DNA of 24,000 nt, from assembly GCF_009740395.1 (NCBI RefSeq), contig NZ_WOXT01000001.1, positions 344,464 through 368,463 on the forward strand, in the 5' to 3' direction. Below the pieces are notes generated by a model, which was given only the letters and a program-made list of their open reading frames with translations, ran no database searches and was not told where the DNA came from. Origin of the DNA: Noviluteimonas gilva (GTDB taxonomy: Bacteria; Pseudomonadota; Gammaproteobacteria; Xanthomonadales; Xanthomonadaceae). Positions 7,679-14,562 of the stretch are shown here, piece after piece. Position 1 is the stretch's first letter, and every line of letters begins with the position of its first letter. A program made the position numbers and the translations under genes.

Positions 7679-7726
7679 CCCCTCCCCAACCCCTCCCCTG
7701 CAGTCGCAGGGGAGGGGCTTTGTTTT
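7679..7726 (+). terminator. REP-like hairpin / rho-independent terminator
   Basis: CCCCTCCCCTGC (7690-7701) / loop AGTC / GCAGGGGAGGGG (7706-7717), a perfect 12 bp stem followed by CTTTGTTTT. A second C-arm copy CCCCTCCCC (7679-7687) lies upstream, separated by AA. Confidence 0.8.
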
Positions 7727-7742
7727 GTCCCGCAAGATGGGT

Positions 7743-7772
7743 TTGTTACGAGCGCGATAACGCCGGTTTGAT
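7743..7772 (+). promoter_or_regulatory. Candidate sigma-70 promoter for the small ORF at 7832
   Basis: TTGTTA (7743-7748), 18 nt, TTTGAT (7767-7772), in the only AT-richer patch of this spacer. Each hexamer matches consensus at 4/6. Confidence 0.25.
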
Positions 7773-7831
7773 CGGATGTCCACGGCCGCTGGACCATTGT
7801 GGGGATCGAACAATCTCTGCGGGAGCAGCGC

Positions 7832-8092
7832 ATGCGAGCACTCTTCGTCGGTGGCACGGTCGACAATGCGGAACTCGACCTGGACGGCACCTCGCCGCCG
7901 AAGCACTACCCCGAGAACACAGGCGCGGGCCAGTCGCGCTACAACCTGCACCACGTCGGACAACGCAACGGCGGCGAGATCGCGTACGCGGTGTACGCCG
8001 CGCCGGATCTCGCGTCCTCTGAAGTCCAGCGTGTCGCGACGGAACGCGATTACGCGCGCAGGTTCGAAGCAGAACCCAAAGAAGTCGCTTGA
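7832..8092 (+). CDS. Hypothetical small cytoplasmic protein (86 aa)
   Basis: MRALFVGGTVDNAELDLDG... Start chosen at the internal ATG, preceded by GGGAG with 6 nt spacing. GC3 about 80%, consistent with genuine coding. No family recognised. Confidence 0.6.
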   Translation: MRALFVGGTVDNAELDLDGTSPPKHYPENTGAGQSRYNLHHVGQRNGGEIAYAVYAAPDLASSEVQRVATERDYARRFEAEPKEVA

Positions 8093-8101
8093 TTGCAGAC
8101 A

Positions 8102-8128
8102 GCGCGTGGCGCTTACGGCGCCACGCGC
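8102..8128. terminator. Perfect 11 bp GC hairpin between convergent genes (no U tract)
   Basis: GCGCGTGGCGC (8102-8112) / loop TTACG / GCGCCACGCGC (8118-8128). The loop contains the TAA stop (8115..8113) of the minus-strand dehydrogenase gene, and the 3' arm encodes its last residues. Confidence 0.4.
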
Positions 8129-9432
8129 CACACCGCATTGCCGACGTCGTCGGCGACCAGCAACGCACCATCCTTCGCCATCGCCACGCCCACCGGGCGT
8201 CCGCGCGCGTTGTCCTGCGCATCGAGGAAACCCGTGAGCACTTCCTGTTGTTCGCCCGCGGGCTTGCCGTTGGCGAAGGGAACGAAGATCACCTTGTAGC
8301 CACTTTGCGGATCGCGATTCCACGAGCCGTGCAAACCGATGAAGGCACCGTTGCGCCACGCGGCCGGCATCTTGTCGCCGGCGGAGAAGGTGAGGCCCAG
8401 TGACGCGACGTGCGGGCCGAGCGCGTAATCCGGTGCGATGGCTTTGGCCACCATGTCCGGGCGTTCGGGCTTCACGCGCGTATCGACGTGCGCGCCGTAG
8501 TAACTCCACGGCCAGCCGTAGAACGCGCCGTCCTTCACCGAGGTGAGGTAATCGGGCACCAGGTCGTTGCCCAATTCGTCGCGTTCGTTGACCACCGCGA
8601 ACAGGACCTTCGACGACGGTTCCCACGCGATGCCGACGGGATTGCGCAGGCCACTTGCGAACACGCGCGACGCGCCCGTCTTCGCATCGATTTCCAGGAT
8701 CGCCGCGCGGTTGTCTTCGATGTCCAGGCCGTTTTCCGCGACGTTGCTGTTGGAACCCACGCCTACATAGAACTTCGATCCATCCGGCGAGGCGATCAGG
8801 CTCTTCGTCCAATGATGGTTGCGCGGCGCGCCGGGTAACTGCGCGAGGCGCTGCGGCACCATGGTGATCTGCGTATCGCCTTCCTTGTAAGGCACCCACA
8901 CCAGCGCATCGGCGTTCGCGATGAACAACCTGTCGCCGACCAGCGCCATGCCGAACGGCGAGAACAGGTTCGCGACGAGCACCGTTCTTGTTTCCGCAAC
9001 GCCGTCGCCGTCCGTGTCGCGCAGCAAGGTGATGCGATTGGGGCTCGGCACGTCGGCGCCGGCCTTCGCGAACGCTTTGTTCATGAAGGCCGCGCGGATG
9101 GGATTGGCCGGTTCGTCGGGTGTCGGGGGCCGATTGGTTTCGGCGACGAGCACATCGCCGTTGGGCAGCACGTACAACCAGCGCGGATGCACCAGCCCGC
9201 TCGCGAAGGCGTTGACCTGCACGCCCGTCGCAGGCGTCGGCGTTTCGCCCGCCTTCCAGCCGACGACGGGGGAGATCTTCACCGTGGGCAGGAGCGCCTT
9301 GTCCGGCGCTGCAAGCGTTGGCGAGGGACCACTGACGGATTCGGGCGCGATTTCCGATTTCTGCGCGCACGATGTCGCGATGACGGCCGCGACGCACGCC
9401 GCAAGGATCGAGAACGCAAGACGCACGCGCAT
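8113..9432 (-). CDS. PQQ-dependent sugar (glucose/sorbosone) dehydrogenase-family beta-propeller lipoprotein
   Basis: 439 aa with a lipoprotein-type signal (MRVRLAFSILAACVAAVIATS|C). Motifs typical of the soluble GDH/sorbosone dehydrogenase fold: HPRWLYVLPNGDVLVAE, HHWTKSLIASPDGSKFYVGVGSNSN, GLRNPVGIAWEP, YGWPWSYYG. GGAG RBS 9 nt upstream. Confidence 0.82.
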   Translation of the reverse strand: MRVRLAFSILAACVAAVIATSCAQKSEIAPESVSGPSPTLAAPDKALLPTVKISPVVGWKAGETPTPATGVQVNAFASGLVHPRWLYVLPNGDVLVAETNRPPTPDEPANPIRAAFMNKAFAKAGADVPSPNRITLLRDTDGDGVAETRTVLVANLFSPFGMALVGDRLFIANADALVWVPYKEGDTQITMVPQRLAQLPGAPRNHHWTKSLIASPDGSKFYVGVGSNSNVAENGLDIEDNRAAILEIDAKTGASRVFASGLRNPVGIAWEPSSKVLFAVVNERDELGNDLVPDYLTSVKDGAFYGWPWSYYGAHVDTRVKPERPDMVAKAIAPDYALGPHVASLGLTFSAGDKMPAAWRNGAFIGLHGSWNRDPQSGYKVIFVPFANGKPAGEQQEVLTGFLDAQDNARGRPVGVAMAKDGALLVADDVGNAVWRVAP

Positions 9433-9493
9433 GGGTGACTTCTCCGAGGCAAGCCACCGAAGCGTGCGATGCGTGGCGTGAGGTTGATGTGGT

Positions 9494-11566
9494 CTAGCGC
9501 CAGTGCAACTCGACGCCCACGGTGGCGCCCCGCCCCGGCGCCGGTTCGTAATAACGACGATTGGCTTCGTTGACGATTACCGAACCCGCGTAAATACGAT
9601 CGCCGAGGTTGTCGAGCGCGACGAACACACGGCCGTGTTCGAATCCATAGCCGACGCTCGCATTGAAGACTGCATACGACGGCGCGGACTCGTCACCGAA
9701 GTTGTTCACCGGCACCGCGTCGACATACACCCCTTCCACGCGCGCATGCCAGCCGCTTGAAACCTCGCCCCAACGGACCGCGGCCTGCGCCTGCGTCCGC
9801 GGAATCCCGGGGATGCGCGTGCCTGCCGCGACCGGCAGCGTCGGCACGGTGCAAGGCGCAGCCGTGCAGGCGAGAAAGCCATCGACGAAGTGCGCATCCA
9901 GCCACGTCACGGCAAACTCCGCGAGCCACGCATCGGCGAGCGGCAACGCGCCCGACAGTTCCAGTCCGGTGCGTTGCGCGCGCCCGGCGTTCTGGAACGT
10001 CGTGCGGCCGCCGGCGCTCGTGCCGACGGTGAGTTCGTCGTCCGTGCGCGCCTGGAACAACGAAAGCTCGGTGCGCAAGCGTCCGCGCGAGACCTTCATG
10101 CCCACTTCGGCACTGCGCGTACTCGCCGCCTGCAAGGCGAAGTTGAGGCCGCTGCCGCCGTCGCTGCGATATTGAAGTTCGTTGAATGTCGGTGTTTCGA
10201 AGCCTTCGCCGTAGGCCGCGTAGAACTGCAGCGCATCGTTCGCGCGCCAGCGCACGCCGAGCACGGGGGACGTCGCCGAATACGTGACACGCCCGCTGTC
10301 GTCCGGATTACCGGGGCGGATGTAGTGATCTTCGGAACGAAAGCGCACGCGGCTGTGGCGCGCGCCGGCGGTGAGTTGCCACGCATCGTTCGGGATCCAG
10401 GTGGCTTGCACGTAGGGATCGAGCGCATCGACGCGATCCACCTGGTCGGCGCGCAACGCACCGCGCACGCCGAGCGTGCCATCGACGAAGTTCTCATAGC
10501 CGCGGCGATCCTGGCGCAGGGCGTCGTACGACACGCCGGCGGTCCAGGACCACGCCGCGCCGATCGCGCCGGTCCAGCGCGCATCGACACCCGCGTACGG
10601 CGAATGCAGGTCCACCACGCCACCGTTGCTCAGCGGATTGCGCTGCGTGGCGACGGGGATCGCGAGGAACTGTTCGACCTCGCGTCGGCCTGCATACGCC
10701 GTCGCGCGAAACGCACCGTGTTCGACGACCGCGCCGAGTTGCCGCTGCGACACCGACTTGCGCGTATCGAAGATGAGCGCCTGCGGCGCGGCCTGCGTCG
10801 GATCGGCGACGAACTGCGCGCGATCCAGCCCCAACGGGTCCTGCGCGTTCGGTGCGTCGAGCGTATCGAGCACGAGGGTCGCGGTGGTCGCCTCCGATTG
10901 GAATCGAAACTTTCCATGCAGCAGGTTGCGCTCCGCGGCCGAGTGTTCGCGAAAGCCATCGGTGCGGAAATGCTGCGCGCCGAGCAAGCCACCGAAGTGT
11001 TCGCTCGCACCTTGCATCGCCAGCGACACGCGACGCGACGCATCCGGCCCGACATTCGCGCCGGCATCGATCGCCAACGCCCCTTCGGGATCTGCGGTGA
11101 ACACCTGGATCACGCCACCGGCCGCATTGCCGTACAGCACCGAGAACGGCCCGCGCAGCACTTCGATACGTTCCGCGAAAGCGAGCGGCAGGTGCGACAC
11201 CTGCCCTTGCCCATCGGGCATCGTCGCGGGCACGCCGTCGATGGCGAGCCGCACACCGCGAATCCCGAAGCTCGCGCGCGTACCGAATCCCCGGATCGAA
11301 ATCTGCTCGTCCTGCGCGTAATTGCGCCGGTCGCGCGCGAGCAGCCCGGGCACCGTGGTCAAGCGTTCCGACAAGGCCGCACCGAGCGAATCGGTCCGCC
11401 CATCGTCGCGATCGATCACGCTCACCGAGGCCGGCACGTCGCGCGCTGCAGCCGGCGCATGCGTTGCGGTGACCTGCACACGATCGAGTTCGACCGGTGC
11501 CGTCTGCGCCCACGCGAACGCAGGCGCCAGGCTCGTGAGTGCGATCAGGGATTTCGAAGCGGGCAT
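9494..11566 (-). CDS. TonB-dependent outer-membrane receptor
   Basis: 690 aa. Signal peptide ...APAFAWA|QT, a TonB-box-like ELDRVQVTAT, a plug (ISIRGFGTRASFGIRGVRLAIDGVPATMPDGQGQ; IEVLRGPFSVLYGNAAGGVIQV) and a long beta-barrel. Substrate not inferable. Confidence 0.93.
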   Translation of the reverse strand: MPASKSLIALTSLAPAFAWAQTAPVELDRVQVTATHAPAAARDVPASVSVIDRDDGRTDSLGAALSERLTTVPGLLARDRRNYAQDEQISIRGFGTRASFGIRGVRLAIDGVPATMPDGQGQVSHLPLAFAERIEVLRGPFSVLYGNAAGGVIQVFTADPEGALAIDAGANVGPDASRRVSLAMQGASEHFGGLLGAQHFRTDGFREHSAAERNLLHGKFRFQSEATTATLVLDTLDAPNAQDPLGLDRAQFVADPTQAAPQALIFDTRKSVSQRQLGAVVEHGAFRATAYAGRREVEQFLAIPVATQRNPLSNGGVVDLHSPYAGVDARWTGAIGAAWSWTAGVSYDALRQDRRGYENFVDGTLGVRGALRADQVDRVDALDPYVQATWIPNDAWQLTAGARHSRVRFRSEDHYIRPGNPDDSGRVTYSATSPVLGVRWRANDALQFYAAYGEGFETPTFNELQYRSDGGSGLNFALQAASTRSAEVGMKVSRGRLRTELSLFQARTDDELTVGTSAGGRTTFQNAGRAQRTGLELSGALPLADAWLAEFAVTWLDAHFVDGFLACTAAPCTVPTLPVAAGTRIPGIPRTQAQAAVRWGEVSSGWHARVEGVYVDAVPVNNFGDESAPSYAVFNASVGYGFEHGRVFVALDNLGDRIYAGSVIVNEANRRYYEPAPGRGATVGVELHWR

Positions 11567-11621
11567 GCCGACGATGGTGGCATGCCCGCGTGAGGCGGCC
11601 GTAGATCAGGATGGAAGTGGA

Positions 11622-12827
11622 TCAGGCGGGCACGAGGGTCTTCGCTTCGGGGCCACGCGCCGCCGCACCCGACACCACGTCGGCGACCGGCGCCGCCTGT
11701 CCGATGAGATAGCCCTGCGCGTAACGCACGCCCATTGCGCGCAGGCGTTCGAGTTGTTCGTGCGTCTCGACGCCTTCCACGACCACGCTCGCCTCGATCC
11801 CGTGGGCCATCGCGACAATTGCCTCGACGATCGCCATCGCGCGCTGCGAATCGAACATGTGCCGCGCGAATTCCTGGTCGACCTTGACGAACTCGAAGTC
11901 GAGTTTGTGCAGGTGCGTGAGGTTCGAGTACCCCGTGCCGAAATCGTCGAGCGCGAACGGAATGCCTTGCGCCCGGCAATGCTGCATCACCGCCGCGACG
12001 GGCGCGTAGTCGAGCATGCGGCTTTCGGTCACTTCGAGTTTCAGCGTGCCGGGCGGCAATTGCGCGCGCTCGACGCGCTGCACGATCTGGCGCGCCATGC
12101 CCGGCTCGACGAGTTGCCGCGCCGAGAGATTCACCGCGATGCTCGGCAACGGCAACACGCCCGCCTCGCGCAGGGCGACGAGTACTTCGATCACGCGATC
12201 GAGGACGTATTCGCCGACCGGCACGATCAGCGAGGTCTCTTCGGCGAGCTTGATGAACTCGGCCGGCGACACGGCGCCGCGATCGGGCAATTGCCAGCGC
12301 ACGAGCGCTTCGTAACCACGCACGCGACCTTCGACGATGTCGAAGATCGGTTGGTAGCGCACCTCGAGCGTCTTCGTGTCGAGCGCATCGCGCAGTCTCG
12401 CTTCGAGGCGGATCTTGTCCAGGCCGGCGCGTTCTTCGTTCGATTCGGTTGCCAGGTCTTCGGCGGGCAGCGTGACGTCTTGCGGCAACGCGGCCAGGAT
12501 GCTGCGCGTGCGGCGCAACAAACTCAGGACCAGCGTGCGCACGATCGCGTCGCCGCCGTCGAGGCGTTCGAGGAATTGGTCGTGGTCGATCGCGAGCAAC
12601 GTAGTGTCGCCGTGCGCAGTGGCCGTCGCGCTGCGCGGTTGGCCATCGAGCATGCCGAGCTCGCCGATCAATTCACCTGGGCCCAGCGTGCCGTGGTGTG
12701 TGGTGCGACGACCGTGTTCGGAGTGGAGCTCGATTCCGCCGCGTTCGATCAGCCAGGCGCAATCGGATGGGTCGCCCTGCCGATACAGGACTTCGCCCGC
12801 GAAGAGTTCGCGGATCACGGTGCTCAT
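11622..12827 (-). CDS. Cyclic-nucleotide-binding (CAP-ED) domain fused to an EAL c-di-GMP phosphodiesterase domain
   Basis: Start at MSTVIREL (M29 of the track ORF; GGGGGAAGAGG RBS). The N-terminal cNMP-binding signature is GELIGELGMLDGQPRSATATA. The EAL domain carries all catalytic motifs: YEALVRW, NLSARQ, LEVTES, DDFGTGYS, KVD, EGVE, QGY. Confidence 0.9.
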   Translation of the reverse strand: MSTVIRELFAGEVLYRQGDPSDCAWLIERGGIELHSEHGRRTTHHGTLGPGELIGELGMLDGQPRSATATAHGDTTLLAIDHDQFLERLDGGDAIVRTLVLSLLRRTRSILAALPQDVTLPAEDLATESNEERAGLDKIRLEARLRDALDTKTLEVRYQPIFDIVEGRVRGYEALVRWQLPDRGAVSPAEFIKLAEETSLIVPVGEYVLDRVIEVLVALREAGVLPLPSIAVNLSARQLVEPGMARQIVQRVERAQLPPGTLKLEVTESRMLDYAPVAAVMQHCRAQGIPFALDDFGTGYSNLTHLHKLDFEFVKVDQEFARHMFDSQRAMAIVEAIVAMAHGIEASVVVEGVETHEQLERLRAMGVRYAQGYLIGQAAPVADVVSGAAARGPEAKTLVPA

Positions 12828-12909
12828 GCCTCTTCCCCCTGTGGAAGACATGATGGATGTGAGAGGAGGATACGAAGATCGGGCGCGCAACCGGCCGACC
12901 CCGCGCCTC

Positions 12910-12958
12910 ATCCCCCTTCCAAGGGGGATCGAGCGCGCAGAGCGCGCTCGAGGGGGAT
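12910..12958 (-). promoter_or_regulatory. Compound hairpin element with alternative pairings, between the small secreted protein gene and the cNMP-EAL gene
   Basis: Plus strand: ATCCCCC(T) 12910-12917, TTCCAA, GGGGGAT 12923-12929, CGAGCGCGC-AGA-GCGCGCTCG 12930-12950 (9 bp perfect), AGGGGGAT 12951-12958. The single C arm can pair with either G arm (7 bp local, or 8 bp enclosing the GC hairpin). No U tract. Confidence 0.4.
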
Positions 12959-12976
12959 ACCGCTCGCAGCGACTCC

Positions 12977-13279
12977 CTACTTCACGTACGTATTCGTCCC
13001 CAACTGCACCCGCACCTTCTTCGGTGGATCCTGCGTGCCATCGGCATGCGTGATCGTGACCGTGTAGATGCCGACCGGAATGCGCTCGAAGCGGTAGCGC
13101 CCATCTTCGGTGAGCGTCTGGTCCTGCTTGGTGCCGGTCTCGGGGTTTTCGATGTGGATCGCATCGCCGGCCTTCGCGCGGCCCCAGAGGCCGCCGCCGG
13201 ATTGCTGCGCGAATGCGGAGGAAATGAACAGGCCGAGCGCGAACAACGCGACGGCGAAACGATGGACAGGCTTGGCCAT
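12977..13279 (-). CDS. Small secreted protein, carboxypeptidase-regulatory-like (transthyretin-like beta-sandwich) domain; paralog A
   Basis: 100 aa from MAKPVHRFAVALFALGLFISSAFA|QQ (GGGAGGG RBS). The mature part contains DGRYRFERIPVGIYTVTITHADG, the 'G.Y.f..lp.G.Y.l.v' pattern of CarboxypepD_reg-like domains. Confidence 0.7.
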   Translation of the reverse strand: MAKPVHRFAVALFALGLFISSAFAQQSGGGLWGRAKAGDAIHIENPETGTKQDQTLTEDGRYRFERIPVGIYTVTITHADGTQDPPKKVRVQLGTNTYVK

Positions 13280-13321
13280 GGCACCCTCCCGATCAAAGGA
13301 AACTGCCGCCAGTGTATGACG

Positions 13322-13357
13322 CAAAAAATGAAGGGCGCCTCGCGGGAGGCGCCCTTC
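13322..13357 (-). terminator. Rho-independent terminator after paralog B
   Basis: GAAGGGCGCCTC (13330-13341) / loop GCGG / GAGGCGCCCTTC (13346-13357), a perfect 12 bp stem. On the minus strand it is followed by ATTTTTTGC. Confidence 0.85.
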
Positions 13358-13378
13358 ACGACGAACGGTGCGGCGCGC

Positions 13379-13672
13379 TTACTTGATGCGCGCGGTCGTG
13401 CCGGCCTTGACCGCGATGCCCTTCGGCGCGTCGGCCGTGCCGTCGGCGTGCTTGACGACGATGTGGTACGTACCGATCGGCACCTGGCGGATCATCCACT
13501 TGCCGGTCTCGGCTTCGACCGTGATTTCGCGGTGGTAACCGGTGCCCACGCCCGACACTTCGACCGTGTCGCCGGGCTTGTTGTAGCCCATGAGGTTGCC
13601 GGCGGACTGCTGCGCCTGCGCGGAGAAGGCAAGGAGGGAGAACGCCGCGACGGCGAAAATGGAACGCTTCAT
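13379..13672 (-). CDS. Small secreted protein, carboxypeptidase-regulatory-like beta-sandwich domain; paralog B
   Basis: 97 aa from MKRSIFAVAAFSLLAFSAQA|QQ. The mature part aligns by eye with paralog A (QQSAGNLMG.NKPGD...GKWMIRQVPIGTYHIVVKHADGT vs QQSGGGLWG.AKAGD...GRYRFERIPVGIYTVTITHADGT). Confidence 0.7.
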   Translation of the reverse strand: MKRSIFAVAAFSLLAFSAQAQQSAGNLMGYNKPGDTVEVSGVGTGYHREITVEAETGKWMIRQVPIGTYHIVVKHADGTADAPKGIAVKAGTTARIK

Positions 13673-13749
13673 GATGGTTCGTGCTCGTGGGGTGGGGTTT
13701 TCGAGCGCAATTTTAACGATCGCGGTGTGTCGGGGGACCGTGCCGGAGG

Positions 13750-14562
13750 TCACCGGATTGATGCACCGTTCACACGCAGTGTTGATTCGAACGGCAGTTG
13801 CGCGAACGTGCCGCCTTGCGCTAGCGCATCCGGGCCGAAGCGCCGTTCGGCGAACGTCAACCCGTCGTCATCAACCAGCAATACGGTGCTGCAACGCGTG
13901 CCGTAACGCGCGCCGCGCACGAACGGCGGCGACAACACGCGCTCCATGTCCAGGCCGACGCCCGTGTCGGGTAGGCGCGCATCCGGCGCGGGCGTGGTAT
14001 CGGCGAGCGCGGCGAACAAGGGTTCGAGCGAGGCTTCGTCGACGCGATCTGGCGCGTGCGCCAGCCAGTGTTCGAGCGCTTGCGTGGCGCGCCCACTCTT
14101 CGGCCAGGGCGCATCGAAGGCGCCGTTCGACATCGCGTGGAGACCATCGCTCACCAGGCGCGTTTCGAAGCGCGGATGGTTGGTCGCGAAGTGCAGCGCA
14201 TCGCCATCCCAGCACAACAGATTGAATCGGCCGTACTCGCTGGCCGTGTCGGCGAGCGATGCGGTGTAGCGATCCGCAGCGCCCTCGCCCGTCGCGAAGC
14301 CACGCACGAGCGCACCGCGCGAACGCGGCGCGGCTTCGGGATTCAAACCGGCGCGCACGTTCGTCACCGCGGTGAATCGATTGCGCGTGGACGCGAGCAA
14401 CCAACTTCCGCCCGCCTCCAGGTCGCGTCCGCCGAACACGTGCGGAAACTCGGGATCGGGCCCCGCAGGCGCGGTCGGACGCCCATGGAATTCGTCGCGA
14501 TTGGCGATCACCGCGAGCTTCCAACGCGGGTGCGCATGGAATCCGACGGCGATCAGGCACAT
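13750..14562 (-). CDS. NRDE-family protein (DUF833; bacterial TANGO2 homolog)
   Basis: 270 aa. Begins MCLIAVGFHAHPRWKLAVIANRDEFHGRPT, with the family-defining Met-Cys N-terminus and NRDE motif. Only the last 271 codons of the 1110-aa track ORF 13750..17082 are used. The ATG (14562..14560) shares one base with the TGA (14564..14562) of the upstream ABC gene. Confidence 0.82.
   Translation of the reverse strand: MCLIAVGFHAHPRWKLAVIANRDEFHGRPTAPAGPDPEFPHVFGGRDLEAGGSWLLASTRNRFTAVTNVRAGLNPEAAPRSRGALVRGFATGEGAADRYTASLADTASEYGRFNLLCWDGDALHFATNHPRFETRLVSDGLHAMSNGAFDAPWPKSGRATQALEHWLAHAPDRVDEASLEPLFAALADTTPAPDARLPDTGVGLDMERVLSPPFVRGARYGTRCSTVLLVDDDGLTFAERRFGPDALAQGGTFAQLPFESTLRVNGASIR

Noticed and set aside
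7780-7815. tRNA-3'-end-like string on the minus strand (TGTTCGATCCCCACAATGGTCCA)
   Set aside because: There is no complementary 5' T-stem, acceptor stem or other arms upstream, and it overlaps the leader and RBS of the 7832 ORF. I treat it as a chance resemblance, not a tRNA or an att remnant I can support.
7004-9457. 817-aa minus-strand ORF spanning the sigma spacer, small genes and the dehydrogenase region
   Set aside because: It is off-frame relative to the well-supported PQQ-dehydrogenase gene (8113..9432) and antisense to two plus-strand genes. The composition is dominated by R/A/G with no recognisable domain.
9890-11593. 567-aa plus-strand ORF
   Set aside because: It is entirely antisense to the TonB-dependent receptor gene, whose translation has clear plug and barrel motifs. 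The translation is Arg-rich with no motifs.
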